Positions 28,572-40,300 of a DNA stretch of 59,352 bases are shown one piece after another. This DNA is from a virus (taxonomy: Duplodnaviria; Caudoviricetes): the IMG/VR virus record IMGVR_UViG_3300037041_001560, positions 1-59,352 of that record. One strand, written 5' to 3'. Within the stretch, counting starts at the first letter, position 1, and every line of letters starts with the position of its first letter. The translations under genes and the position numbers were made by a program. A model generated the notes under the pieces. It was not told the origin of the DNA. It worked only from the letters and a program-made list of their open reading frames with translations, and ran no database searches.

Positions 28572-31500
28572 TAGAAACTAAAAGATTTTCTGGAGTTTTA
28601 AATACGGATGATAAACCGGAAAACGTCGCTGGCCCACAGCACATCGACGCAAAGAATGTTCGTTTCTATGGTGGACCTAATGGATTGACTGCCGAAAATA
28701 TTAAGGGTAATTACTTAATTAATAATGCTAATTTACCAGCGGGAAGTAATGAGTGTATAGGTTCTTTTTTTGATTCAGTTAAACAAAGAATAATTTGGTT
28801 TAACTGGAACAGCAACGGGGATAATGGTATTTATTCTTTGGATTTAGCTACAGATGTTGTTTCAAAGATTTTTCTTTGCGGCACTGATTCTGCTACTGAT
28901 ATACTCAACTTTTCCCCTGATTATCCTGTACATTCTTGTAACGTAGTTTATAGAACCATTGGAGACGGAGACCTTTTGTATTGGACTGATGGTTATAATA
29001 GACCAAGGTATTTGAATATAAGCGGGAGTTTTGTAGGTACTTATGCTCCATTTACAGAGGAAATGATTAATGCTGCAAAAAGTGCACCATTAAGCGAATT
29101 GTCTGTATCATATGGAAGTGATACGAATATTACTGTAAATAATATATTTAATAGGTTTTTTAGATTTGCTTACAGATTTGTTTACGCTAATTTAGAAAAG
29201 TCTACATTATCCCCAACATCAACTTTGGAATTGCCGCCGGGTGGATTTGGTTATAATTTTAACAATTTTATAAATATATCAGGGGTAGCACAACTTAGTG
29301 ATGGTAGTTTAGGCGATATAGTTGCTGTAGAAATATTAGGTCAACAATCTTTAGGCAATACCTTTGGGGATTATTTTTTTATAGCTAAAATAAATAGTAG
29401 TGATTTTGGTTCAGGGAATTCATTCACTTATCGTTTTTTAAATGATTCTTCTTATTCTCCTATTTCATTAGAGGAAAGCGATTTGCCATTTAGTTATTTG
29501 CCAAATAAAGCAAATACTCTTGAATTATTAAATGGTAATGTTTTAATTTATGGAGGGATTACTGATGGTTATAATAACATCCCTCAAAATGATTTAGATG
29601 TTTTAATATATTCTGGGTTATCTTATGGTGTTAATACGCCAGCTGTATCTGCAAATAAAATATCTAATACTAGTGCTGAAGTAATTGTAGGTGGGAATTG
29701 GACGATTGACCCAATGTTGTCTACTGGTGATGCCGAAGTTTCTATAAGATTAAATTGGTTTAATGGAGTATCCCCGCAAACAACTATATTTAACATTGTA
29801 GTTCCAAATGTAAACGTGGACCTTTTTGATGTTACAAATTACATTTGGTCTCAGCTTAACTCTGTTTTATCTGCAAATTTCACTGTTACCCAGAATGGTT
29901 CGTCTACTTCTGGAGATAATTCAAATACTATAAGTATTACTTGCGTTTCCCCAATTGTAATAAATAGTATTTTAGTTACATATGTAGGATATCAAAATGG
30001 TTTTTCTGGTACAGGATTAACGAGTTTGCCAACTCAAAAGTCTATCCCTTGGTCATCTCAATATAGATGGGGTATAATATATTTTGATGAAGTTGGAAAA
30101 ACGAATGGGGTTATTTCTTATTCTGGTTCACAATCTCCGGCAAACAACTTTAATTATGTATCTAGAGATTTTTTAGATGAAGAATCTCCATCAACCCCGG
30201 GAGTTTCTACTGGTGTTCTGATACCCAATATGATGGCTAGTATTAATCATACTCCACCATCATGGGCTAAAAAATTTCAATGGGTACGAACTAAAAACAG
30301 GTCAATTACTAATTATATTCAATTAGTAACTAATGACTTCCAAAATCCGGGTGATGGCTATTTGTATTTTGGAATTCAAAACTTATTGTACACACAAACT
30401 CAAAATACTGGGTTCATACCTAATTATGAGTTTACTGAAGGAGATAGAATAAAGGTGATGGCTAAATACTTCCCCGGTGGAGCTGAAGTTGGAAGGTATA
30501 AACAGCCTTATGCAATTCAATATGATTTTACTATAGAAGGAATAGAAGAAAGAACAATGAATGCCCCTAACACTTCAACTAGTGGAAGAGGTTCTTATGT
30601 AAAAGTTAAAAATATTTTTGGTCTATCTTACACTGATAGATATCAATTTATTCAATTATACACTCCTGTTCTTAGGACTGGTGATAATTTAGATTTTTAT
30701 TACGAATTTGGTGAATCATTTGACATATTTGAAGTTTCTGGTCAAAAGTATCACGCAGGGAATTTAACTGACCAAGATTCAACTCAACCAGCTACATTTA
30801 TATTTTTTGATGGTGGTAGCTACTATCGTAACAGACTTGTATATAGAAATGCTGGTGTTACTACTCCTTTGGTTGAAACATCTGTAATGAGTGAGAGTTA
30901 TAATGATTATTTCCAAAGCGGGGTTAACTCTGATTCTAGAACGTGGGCAGTTGATGCCAATGCAAGAGAAGAATATAATTCAGTATTAGTTCGTTGGGGT
31001 GGGAAATATCAAAGTGGTACTAATATAAATAACTTAAATATTTTTAGGCCAAATGATTTTGATGAGGTAGATAGGTCTAAGGGCGACATCCAAAGATTTA
31101 AATCAAGAGATAGGATTTTGCGCGTATTCCAAGACCGGGGAACTGGTCAGTATGGAGTATATATGCGCTTTATATCAAATAACCAAGGTCAACAAGAATT
31201 GGTTACTACGAATGAGATTATCACAACAAACAATATCCAATACTATCAAGGCGTTTATGGATTATCAGGATATCCAACAAACTTGGTTAGCACTCAAAAT
31301 TCTGACTATTTTGTAGATGTAGTAACTGGACGTGCTATTAGGCTTGGGGGAAATGGTCTTACAGACTTGGGTCTTGCGTATAAAGGGCAATTCTATCTTA
31401 GCCAATTAGTACTTCCATACAATAAAGACATAGTAAGGTCTGGAGGATTTAAGTCTAAGGTGATGGGCTTTTTCGATTATTTCGATAATCAGTATAATGT

Positions 31501-32368
31501 ATTACTTCAGGGAAGTGTTAGCGACTTTGTAATTAATTCACAGGCTTCAGGGCAAGTAGGTACTTATGAATTATCACTAGCGGGAAATCCCAAAACCGGA
31601 GATGTGATATCATTACAATTGACTGATAGTTTATCTACTACACAAACATATTCGTATACTGCTGTTATAGGTGATACTGCAATAGATATGCTAAATGGTT
31701 TGTTGGCGGATATAAATGGTGGAGTTGATTTCGTTGCTACATTTATTAGCGCTTCCCCATATTCAAACATAGAAGTAGTATCTGCATATCCATTGATAAC
31801 GGTTGAGGGAATTGCTAGCATAACCTATAACACCTCTGGAGACATAAACCCGCATAACTTTAGTTTTAACGAAACAAGAAACGGGTTCTGCTCTTTCTAT
31901 GACTTCAACCCAGAATGGGCCACAGGAGCTAATGACATGGTTTATACTTGGGAAAATGGGCTTCTCTGGAAACATGATAGCAATACTTATTGCAATTTCT
32001 ACGGAGACCAGTATTCGGCCTACTTGACCGCCGTTTTCAACAATAATTTGTTGCTTAAAAAGTCTTGGCATAGCATAAACGAGATTGCAAGCGGTACATG
32101 GGCGGTTCCCCTAATGTATACCAATACCAAATCCTACGGGAACCAAAGACAAGAATCTAGCCTTGTAGACGCAGAATTTACTATTTTGGAAGGGAATCCG
32201 TCATCTGCCGTCAAAAGGGATGCCAATTCCCAAGGCGGAAAAATAAACGGAGATTTCATAAAAGGCAACTATTTAGTTGCTAAATTTGAGAAACAAAATG
32301 CTTCAAATTATATAACTTTGTCAGAGGTTTCTATCCGAACCACGGATAGCCCATTGACAGCAAAATAA
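28568..32368 (+). CDS. tail muzzle / stabilization protein
   Basis: FSGVLNTDD..HIDAKNVR, LLYWTDGYNRPR.LN, FAYRFVY, SFYDFNPE, G.YL C-terminus typical of crAss-like muzzle proteins. Confidence 0.8.
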   Translation: MIETKRFSGVLNTDDKPENVAGPQHIDAKNVRFYGGPNGLTAENIKGNYLINNANLPAGSNECIGSFFDSVKQRIIWFNWNSNGDNGIYSLDLATDVVSKIFLCGTDSATDILNFSPDYPVHSCNVVYRTIGDGDLLYWTDGYNRPRYLNISGSFVGTYAPFTEEMINAAKSAPLSELSVSYGSDTNITVNNIFNRFFRFAYRFVYANLEKSTLSPTSTLELPPGGFGYNFNNFINISGVAQLSDGSLGDIVAVEILGQQSLGNTFGDYFFIAKINSSDFGSGNSFTYRFLNDSSYSPISLEESDLPFSYLPNKANTLELLNGNVLIYGGITDGYNNIPQNDLDVLIYSGLSYGVNTPAVSANKISNTSAEVIVGGNWTIDPMLSTGDAEVSIRLNWFNGVSPQTTIFNIVVPNVNVDLFDVTNYIWSQLNSVLSANFTVTQNGSSTSGDNSNTISITCVSPIVINSILVTYVGYQNGFSGTGLTSLPTQKSIPWSSQYRWGIIYFDEVGKTNGVISYSGSQSPANNFNYVSRDFLDEESPSTPGVSTGVLIPNMMASINHTPPSWAKKFQWVRTKNRSITNYIQLVTNDFQNPGDGYLYFGIQNLLYTQTQNTGFIPNYEFTEGDRIKVMAKYFPGGAEVGRYKQPYAIQYDFTIEGIEERTMNAPNTSTSGRGSYVKVKNIFGLSYTDRYQFIQLYTPVLRTGDNLDFYYEFGESFDIFEVSGQKYHAGNLTDQDSTQPATFIFFDGGSYYRNRLVYRNAGVTTPLVETSVMSESYNDYFQSGVNSDSRTWAVDANAREEYNSVLVRWGGKYQSGTNINNLNIFRPNDFDEVDRSKGDIQRFKSRDRILRVFQDRGTGQYGVYMRFISNNQGQQELVTTNEIITTNNIQYYQGVYGLSGYPTNLVSTQNSDYFVDVVTGRAIRLGGNGLTDLGLAYKGQFYLSQLVLPYNKDIVRSGGFKSKVMGFFDYFDNQYNVLLQGSVSDFVINSQASGQVGTYELSLAGNPKTGDVISLQLTDSLSTTQTYSYTAVIGDTAIDMLNGLLADINGGVDFVATFISASPYSNIEVVSAYPLITVEGIASITYNTSGDINPHNFSFNETRNGFCSFYDFNPEWATGANDMVYTWENGLLWKHDSNTYCNFYGDQYSAYLTAVFNNNLLLKKSWHSINEIASGTWAVPLMYTNTKSYGNQRQESSLVDAEFTILEGNPSSAVKRDANSQGGKINGDFIKGNYLVAKFEKQNASNYITLSEVSIRTTDSPLTAK

Positions 32369-32375
32369 ATATATT

Positions 32376-33023
32376 ATGCCTCCAATACCACCACAAGCAC
32401 TTAAGTCATTAATGGGTAGTGGCGCAGGAATAGCTAGTGGCCTTCAAGCGGGAGTAGGACTTGGCCAAATGATTGGCGGTCTTATTGGTCAAGCAAAAGG
32501 TCGTAAAGAACTTAAAGGGCTGATGGCAAATGCTCCAAAGTATGGGGAAGACACGGGCATTATGGGCTATTACAATCAAGCTCTTCAACGTGCTGGCGTT
32601 TCCCCTGCTCAATCTTCAATGTATAAGCGCCAAATGCAAAATATTGGACGAAGTGCAGCACAAGGATTGCAGGCTGCTCAAGACCGTCGCGGAGGATTGG
32701 CTGCTGCTTCATCTATATCTCGTGGTATGAGTGATGCTGCTCTTGCTGCTGAAGGGGCTGCTGAAGCTCAACAGGAGCGTAGGTTTGGTTTATTGGGAAG
32801 TGCTGCTCAAATGGCTGCTGGAGAACGTCGTCGTGCATTTGATATTAATGTTATGCAGCCTTGGGAAATGAAAAGGCAAATGGCCGCTCAGCGTGCTGCC
32901 GGAGGTGCTCAAACAGCTAATATGGGTATTTCAAACATTTTTAGAGCTGGTAGCACTCTTGCGCAAGCTGATATGTATAGAAATATGAATAGAGGCGGTT
33001 CTGGTGGTTCAGATAACCTATAA
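32376..33023 (+). CDS. internal virion (ejection) protein
   Basis: Ala/Gly/Gln-rich helical protein with hydrophobic N-terminus after muzzle. Confidence 0.7.
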   Translation: MPPIPPQALKSLMGSGAGIASGLQAGVGLGQMIGGLIGQAKGRKELKGLMANAPKYGEDTGIMGYYNQALQRAGVSPAQSSMYKRQMQNIGRSAAQGLQAAQDRRGGLAAASSISRGMSDAALAAEGAAEAQQERRFGLLGSAAQMAAGERRRAFDINVMQPWEMKRQMAAQRAAGGAQTANMGISNIFRAGSTLAQADMYRNMNRGGSGGSDNL

Positions 33024-33040
33024 GAGTAATAAAATTTATA

Positions 33041-34321
33041 ATGGCTACTCCAATTCCCAACATATATACTTTTGGCCAAGTCCAGCTAGATACACAACCA
33101 TTAGCTCAATTACAAGGTAAACTTCTTGCCCAACAAGAAGCAAAGCAAGAAGCTTTGAATAAATATTTCCAAAAGCAAATGGGTGATTTGTCAAGAGAGG
33201 GAATTGCTGAAAATGATGTAGCTGACTGGAACGCTGAATTAGATGGGTTAAAAAATTTTTGGAAAAGTAATTCTAATGAAATAAAAAAAGGCGGGGAAGC
33301 TAAGTTAGGGTTTGATAAAAGATTGCAAGAAATAAAAGACCTTACATATCAATCTAAAGAAAAAAAGAAGGAAAATAGTGAACTTCTTAAAATGGCTACC
33401 ATTCAGGGTAAGCAATTTACAGATACTGATATGAAAGTCATTGATGGGATAGGTAAGCCAATAAGAAGTAAAGAAAGAATAAACCCAGCTACTGGTAAGA
33501 CTTGGAGTTATTTAGACCTGTCAACTCAAGTTCCTCCATTCGATGCAAGCAAAAGAGGTGCTTGGTTTGGTAACATATCTTCTGGTATAGACCCTGAGGT
33601 TGCTAAAGCAGTACCAAAATCTAGGAGAACTCTACCCGGAGGAGACATACAAGAGGATATTGAATATTCTTATGGGGACAAACAACTCCAATTTATGGAG
33701 AAAAAGGCTGTGTCATTTCTTCCCGCTGATAGGGCAGCTACTACTGACTATGAAAGATTACTAACAAATCCAACTGACCCAAGATTTGTAGAATTGAAAA
33801 AAGCTTGGGATGCGGCTCCTTGGCATAAGGGGGACCCAATGGATACTAAAGAAGATTTGGCTGCTGCTGATGTTTTGCGAGAATATTATTTGAGACCACC
33901 TGTAAGAAAGCCAAAAACGTATCAGATACCTCAAAAATCTGGTGGTGCTGGTGGAACTGTTGATGCTGATATTCGCCCTTTTTTGATATTCCCTAAGTAT
34001 AGCTCAGAAATAGTAAATCTTCCCGACAAAAGAAAAGCCATCCCAGCTGCTAGGATATCTTATACTGATTTAACTAAAATTAAAGCCACTCCAGAGTTTG
34101 TAAATGGAGAAGATTACTATATTGTGGAGTCTGATGGTGTATGGAGGGGAGAAGGAGGTCAAAGAATTGTAGACGAAGACTTGGCTGTGCAAGCTGCACC
34201 TTCAGATATTAGAGAATCATATTTGAAAAGAAAAACGTCTGGTGGGAAATCAAGTCAAACTAAAAAAACAACTACTCCTGCTGGAACTAAAAAGAAAACT
34301 GGGGCTAGTGGATTAAATTAA
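33041..34321 (+). CDS. internal virion (ejection) protein
   Basis: 426 aa, position between ejection genes. Confidence 0.6.
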   Translation: MATPIPNIYTFGQVQLDTQPLAQLQGKLLAQQEAKQEALNKYFQKQMGDLSREGIAENDVADWNAELDGLKNFWKSNSNEIKKGGEAKLGFDKRLQEIKDLTYQSKEKKKENSELLKMATIQGKQFTDTDMKVIDGIGKPIRSKERINPATGKTWSYLDLSTQVPPFDASKRGAWFGNISSGIDPEVAKAVPKSRRTLPGGDIQEDIEYSYGDKQLQFMEKKAVSFLPADRAATTDYERLLTNPTDPRFVELKKAWDAAPWHKGDPMDTKEDLAAADVLREYYLRPPVRKPKTYQIPQKSGGAGGTVDADIRPFLIFPKYSSEIVNLPDKRKAIPAARISYTDLTKIKATPEFVNGEDYYIVESDGVWRGEGGQRIVDEDLAVQAAPSDIRESYLKRKTSGGKSSQTKKTTTPAGTKKKTGASGLN

Positions 34322-34326
34322 TACTA

Positions 34327-37300
34327 ATGGCTGAAAATATATATACAGGACAAAACGAAGACCCGAAATATCGTAAAAAAGTATATGATATTTTATCTTC
34401 AAATTTTGAAGACTTCAAATTGTCTGAATCTGATTTTTACAAAAAGTTGGATTCAGATACTGGGTATGCTCCTAAAGTATATAAAGTATTAAAAGACAAT
34501 TTTGCTGATTTTGAGAAGCCAGAAAAAGATTTTATGTCTTTAGTCGGCCCGTCTAAAAAAAAAGACCTTTTTGGAAAAATTACTACTTCCGTTGGCCAAT
34601 TGCAAAAAGAAGCTGGTGAAGCTCTTGGTGGGGTAAAGAAAGGATTGGAAACAGTAGCATCAGCTGCTGCTCAGTATGAAACAAAAGTCCCAAGAACATC
34701 TGGACCTGTTGAGGAAAAAGTAAAGGTAGAAGTAGAGGAGAAGCTTGACCCTAATGATTTGGTGGGAAGTTTCAAGAAGCGTTTAGCCCCTTTGGCTGCG
34801 CCTTCAATTCCCGGAGCAGATGCTACATACGTTCGTCCAAATATGGACGCAATATTCAGTGAGCAAGAAAGAAAGCGACCTGAAGTAGCTAAAAAGCTGG
34901 AGCAAGAAAAGAATTATAAGGATTTAAAGAATGCATTCTTAACAGACGAGAATTTGTCCGTAACTCAGTTGATGAAAGCAACTGGTTTGAGTGCTGAGGC
35001 AATTAAAGGTGCTAGTCGGGAAGATATCATGAAGATGGCTAGACCCGGTAATGAGACGGATAAATTAGCTGCTGAATCTGTTGCTGAGGCTCAAGACATC
35101 AATGCTGCCTTCTCGCAATCAAGAAACCTAGAGGAAGCTGCAATACGTTTGGCTGCTTCTAAAGACCCGCAAATTGCTCGTCAGTTAGAAATAACATCTA
35201 GAAAGGCTCCTGCCAAGAATTTGCAAGAAATTGTTTCTGGAACTAAAGATATTATGGCTGACCCAAAGACTATGTTTGGGGAAGTGACAATAGGGCGTTT
35301 TATTTACCAATTGGCAACAAATCCAATTGCTGTACAGCAGATTGAAAAGAATCCAAATCTAAAAAAGCAGTTTAAGGAAACGCTTCCCCTTCTCATAAAC
35401 AAATACCCTGACTTCGGTAAATCCTACTTGGGAAATGTTATCTCCCAAAAGATGGAAGATATGGGTATGAATAATGCCCTATTGAACATTGTAACAAAAG
35501 AAGAGACTGATAAGGTTGTAGAACAATTATCTAATGAAGGGAAGATGAGCCCCGCAGAAGTTCAGTTCTACAAAGACAATATGCGCGAAGGCGGTATTCG
35601 GAACTTCGCAAAAACAATCGTTGGAGAACAGCTTTACAAGACACCGGGCTTACTAGAGCGAACAGCCGAAAGTGCAGTTGCTGGGGTAAAGGCATTGGGA
35701 AGTGGAGCCGGAGAACTTACGGGTATAAGACAAGGATTAGTTGGCGAACGGGATATGGTTGCGACAGATATTGCAGTTAAAGATGCAGCCGTAAACATAC
35801 GTCCTAGCACAACTATCAATGAAATGACAGCGTATGGGGGAGATTTTTTAGGTCATATGTTATCCCCCGGACTTTTGGGAAAAGGTCTTACTGCGGCCAA
35901 GGTGTTTAGAAATCCAGACAACGCAATTAAGGCTTTGTTTGGTTTGCAAGCTTTTGGGAACTATATGCCTCAAGCCCGTGCTATGTTCCCCGGGGAAAAT
36001 CTGAAGCAAAGAGCATACGCTGGTATATTGTCTGGTTTTGAAATTGCCACAGAAAATATATTTAGAGATAGGAAAGTTATTGATGGTTTGGTAGGTAAAG
36101 TAAAGCCTCAAGTTGCTAAAGTTATTCGGCAGTTTACTGACAAAGAAATTTCTGGTGCTGCTGCTCGAGAAACGGTTGAGGGAGCTATTAGAGGTGCTAT
36201 AAAATCAATCCCCCAGTATACCAAATATTTCGCAAAGGGTGTAGGTGAAAACACATTTGAAGAAACAGTAACACAATTAGGCCAACAGCTTACTGATGGG
36301 GTATTCACTGGCAAGAAATTTAGTGATTGGTTAAATGGGGAAGAGCTGTTTGAAACAGCCCGTATATCTGCTTTAGGAAGTACATTTATTGCAGGTCTAT
36401 CAGCTCGCGCTGATATGATTGCTTCAAAAGGTATTACTGCCAAGATGGTTTACGATATGGCAGAAAAGCCTGATTACTGGATTGCTAAGATTAAGGAAGG
36501 GGCTACTCTTGACCCGGATTTGGCTGCGGATGCTGATGATAAGATTGCGAACCTTGAGTATGCATCTAAAGTTCGTCAGGATTTGGAGTCAACTAATCTT
36601 TCTGAAAAGCAGAAGATTAAATATCTTATTAATGCTTTAGAAGCAAATGTAAAATCCAAGTCTTCCCAAGGCATAACAGACCCAGTACTTAAAAAGAAAG
36701 CAGAACAACAAGCTAAAGAAGTAGAAAAACAACAAGAGGCTATATTAAATGGTGATGACCAAGGGGAAATTGAGGGAGACCTATCTGATGAAGTAGTTGA
36801 ACCTGCTGGGGAAGTTCCACAGCAAACATTATTTGAGCAAATATCTAAAAGAATTGAGGAAATAGATGCTGAAGAAAAAGGTGCTGCCGGGGAAGTCGCA
36901 CCAGAAGTTCCCCAAACAGTAGAACAACTAAGAGCAGCAGAACAAGCAGAATATGCTGCTATGGCTGACCCTAACGACGAAGTAAAAAGACAAGAAATTT
37001 ACGATAGATACGATAAGCTGATTACTCCGTTATTGGAGAAAGAAAAAGAAGTTTCGGAAGCGGCTCCAGTTCCCTCTATCATAGAAGTAAAATCTCCAAA
37101 AGAAGTAAAACAAGGAGATACTATAGTATGGAGAGGGGAAGACTTCATTGTAGAAGAAGTAAATCCAAAAGGTGGATTTAATTTGCGTAATGCAGCAGAC
37201 CGTACAAATACTGTAAAAGACGCAAGAATCACAGATGAAGAGTTCCAAGGTAAGCGTGGGGAAGTAGCGGCTGTGCCTAAAGTTGAAAAGTTTGGAGTAG

Positions 37301-40300
37301 GATTTGCTCCTTTCCGTGAAAAGAATGTATTTACTGAAGAAGAAGATGTAGATATCAGAACTTCCCCAGACTATCAACTTCATCAAGAGAACGTACAGAA
37401 AGTAGCCCAAGGACTAGGAATCAAAATAAACAACAAACTAGATACTTGGGGAGGATATGTAGATAGTGAGACGGGAAATCCAGTCCAAGAAGTTTCCAAT
37501 ATTATGGAAATCGAAGCTACACCTGAGCAAGCTCGGGTAATGGCTGCTATCTTGGGTAAGGCTGCCCCCGAAATGCAGGACTCCGTATTGCTTGGTAACT
37601 ACAATGAGAATGGCGCAGGATTCGAACATATTGTTAAAACTGGTTCTTTTGCCAATGCTAAAGAAGCAATTAAGCTTCTGAAAGACAATGAGTTGCAGTA
37701 TTTTAGCGTTGACAAAAATAGCGGAGATGTCATTATTCTTGACCTTGAAGCAACAGATACACCAAAAATTATTAATTTAGTCAAACAATTAAATGAAAAT
37801 GGAATCCCAGCAAAACACAAGTATGGCAAAGTCAACGCAGAATTCATCGGTAGCGGAGACTATGATGGAATTATTGAAGCAGAGCGGAGCAGAGTTGGAG
37901 CAGAAACAGGGTTCGATATTGATGCCTTTGTCCAAGAAGCAGCGGGAAAGTATGACGCAATCAAAGCAGCAAGAACCCAACCAGTAGTTACTGAAGTTCA
38001 AAAATCTATCGCCGACAAAATTCGTGGACTAAAGATTGATTTGTCTAAGCTAGGAGATGGTGGAGCTCAGTCCAACATAGCAGGACTTCCCGTAGCACTA
38101 TACAACACCGTAGTAGAAGCAGTAGCTCTTGCTGTAGAGGCGGGAGTGGCTGTAAATAAAGCAATTAATGATGCTGTAAAACAATATAAGCTAGATAAGG
38201 CTAAAGATTTTGATAAAGATGTACTTGCAAGGGAAATATTGAAAGGCATTGAAATAACTGAACCTCAAGTAAATCCTGTATATTTTGAAAATCTGAAAAA
38301 ATTTGCAAGTGAATCTTCATTTGACAATAAAATTCAATTTAAAAATTCAATACAGAGTTTATTTGCCAAATACCTTCCAGAACTAAAGGCTAAGTTTGGT
38401 AAAGATTTTGACCCGTCAAATTATGACGAAAGAGCAAGAAAATATTTGGTTGATTTGGTTACTAGGGAATCTTTGAATGCAATCAAAAAGCATCCGGAAG
38501 CAATTGGATGGTATGATGAGAAGACTCAGTCTGCATTAGATGTCATATCGGCTATTCATCCTGAAATCGCCATTGATGCTGAAGCTCGAGGTGCATTTAT
38601 ATTGCCTTTGGCTATTATGTCAAATGGAAACAAAGTAGACTTCAATTTTGAATTGGCTGAAAAGCAATATCAATTCTTTAAAGATAATGGAAGGTTTAAT
38701 CCTGATGGGGAATTTGGCCTTCAGCAATCTGGCATTAAAAAATCTTTGATGCTTATCAATTCGTTACTTGATAACGGATTGACAATGTCAGGTATAAATA
38801 AATTCTTGACATCAAAGTATCGAGCTGGTGATTTGAAAATAAAGATTGATGGTAAGGTTAAGGATTTGGCTTCAGGTGAATTGGCTGATGAGCAAGTTTA
38901 TGGAGCTGTTATTTTAGGTCCAAAGATTGGTAATGGGTTTTATATGAATTTGTGGGGTCAATTCGACCAATTGACCATGGACAGATGGTTTATGCGTACT
39001 TGGGGTCGGATGACAGGCACATTGATTGAGAAAGATGCTGCTGGTATCGCTGAAGGGAAGAAGAGACTTTCTAAGGCTCTTGATGAGATTAAGAAAGATT
39101 CTGAGGCATTGGCTATATTAAAATCATTATTGCCTAAAATATCTAGCTTATCAATTCAGGATTTAGCAAAATCTATTGAGAAAGTTTCGATGGATAAAAA
39201 GAAGAGAGCTGAACTTTCTTCAAATCCAAAAACTGACGAATTAAGGAAGGCTGCCAATTCCCTGTCTAAGAATCTTAGCGGAGAGAAGGAAGCTCCTTCT
39301 ACTGGTAAAGAAAGAAGATTCATAAGGGAAGTGTTTACTGATGTAGTAAATGATTTAAAAAATAAATATGGTATAGAGATATCTATGGCCGACCTTCAGG
39401 CAGCTCTTTGGTATCCTGAAAAAATATTATATGAATCTTTCAAAGGCGGCGAAACATTTGAAGCTGCTGCTGAAGGGTATACATCTGATTCTGCACCTGA
39501 TTATTTAAACGCGGCTAAAAAACTAGCCACAAAACTTGGAGTAAATGAAGAACAAATCAATCAAACCTTATCAAGAGGAAGAGAACGTGCTGAACGAATT
39601 GCAGGAGAAGGATATCCCGAAGGCGGGAGAGCAATTAGCGAATCTTATCAAGACATCCTTGGAAGAGTCAAAGAAGCAATTGGGGAAAAGCCAGCCACAG
39701 AAAAAGTAAGAGCAGCGGCTAAAACAGTTCGTTCTCTTAAGATTAAGCAAGAAGGTCTTCAAGCAAATATTGCGGGAATTCCCATCGCACTTTATAACGC
39801 AGCCTTGGAAACAATCGCTACAGCTTTGGAGGCTGGGGCTAGTTTAACAGATGCTATTCGGGAAGCTATAAGAAAGCACAAACTTAATAAGCAAAAAGAT
39901 TTTGATTCTGATACATTCGTAAAACAATTAGAAAGCGTTACTGGTCAAACAGTAGAAAAAATAGGAGGTAAATATGCCATTCAAATCGAAGCAGCAGGTG
40001 AAGTTCCTGTACAGCCAAAAGCCGGAGTTAGCGAAGAAGTGGAGGGAGGAGTTCCCGGAGCAAAACCTAAAGCAGCTCCCGAAGAAGGTAAAGCTGAAGG
40101 TGAAGAAGAAAAAGTAAGGGTATCTGGTATTAAGAAGGGCTTGGTTTCCCAAGAAATATTATCAAGAGTAAATCTTAATACAGTTGGAGATAAGGAGCTT
40201 TTAGAGTCGGGAAGAGCTATCATTGAAAGTGGGGAAGTGAAGCCAAAGACTGTTGTCAATCGTGTTATTGATGGTGGTCAGGGTGTTCTTACCCCTGCTG

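Noticed and set aside
37905-37930. GFDID in the giant protein as a crAss-like virion RNA polymerase DFDID motif
   Set aside because: First Asp is missing and no other double-psi beta-barrel polymerase motifs were recognised
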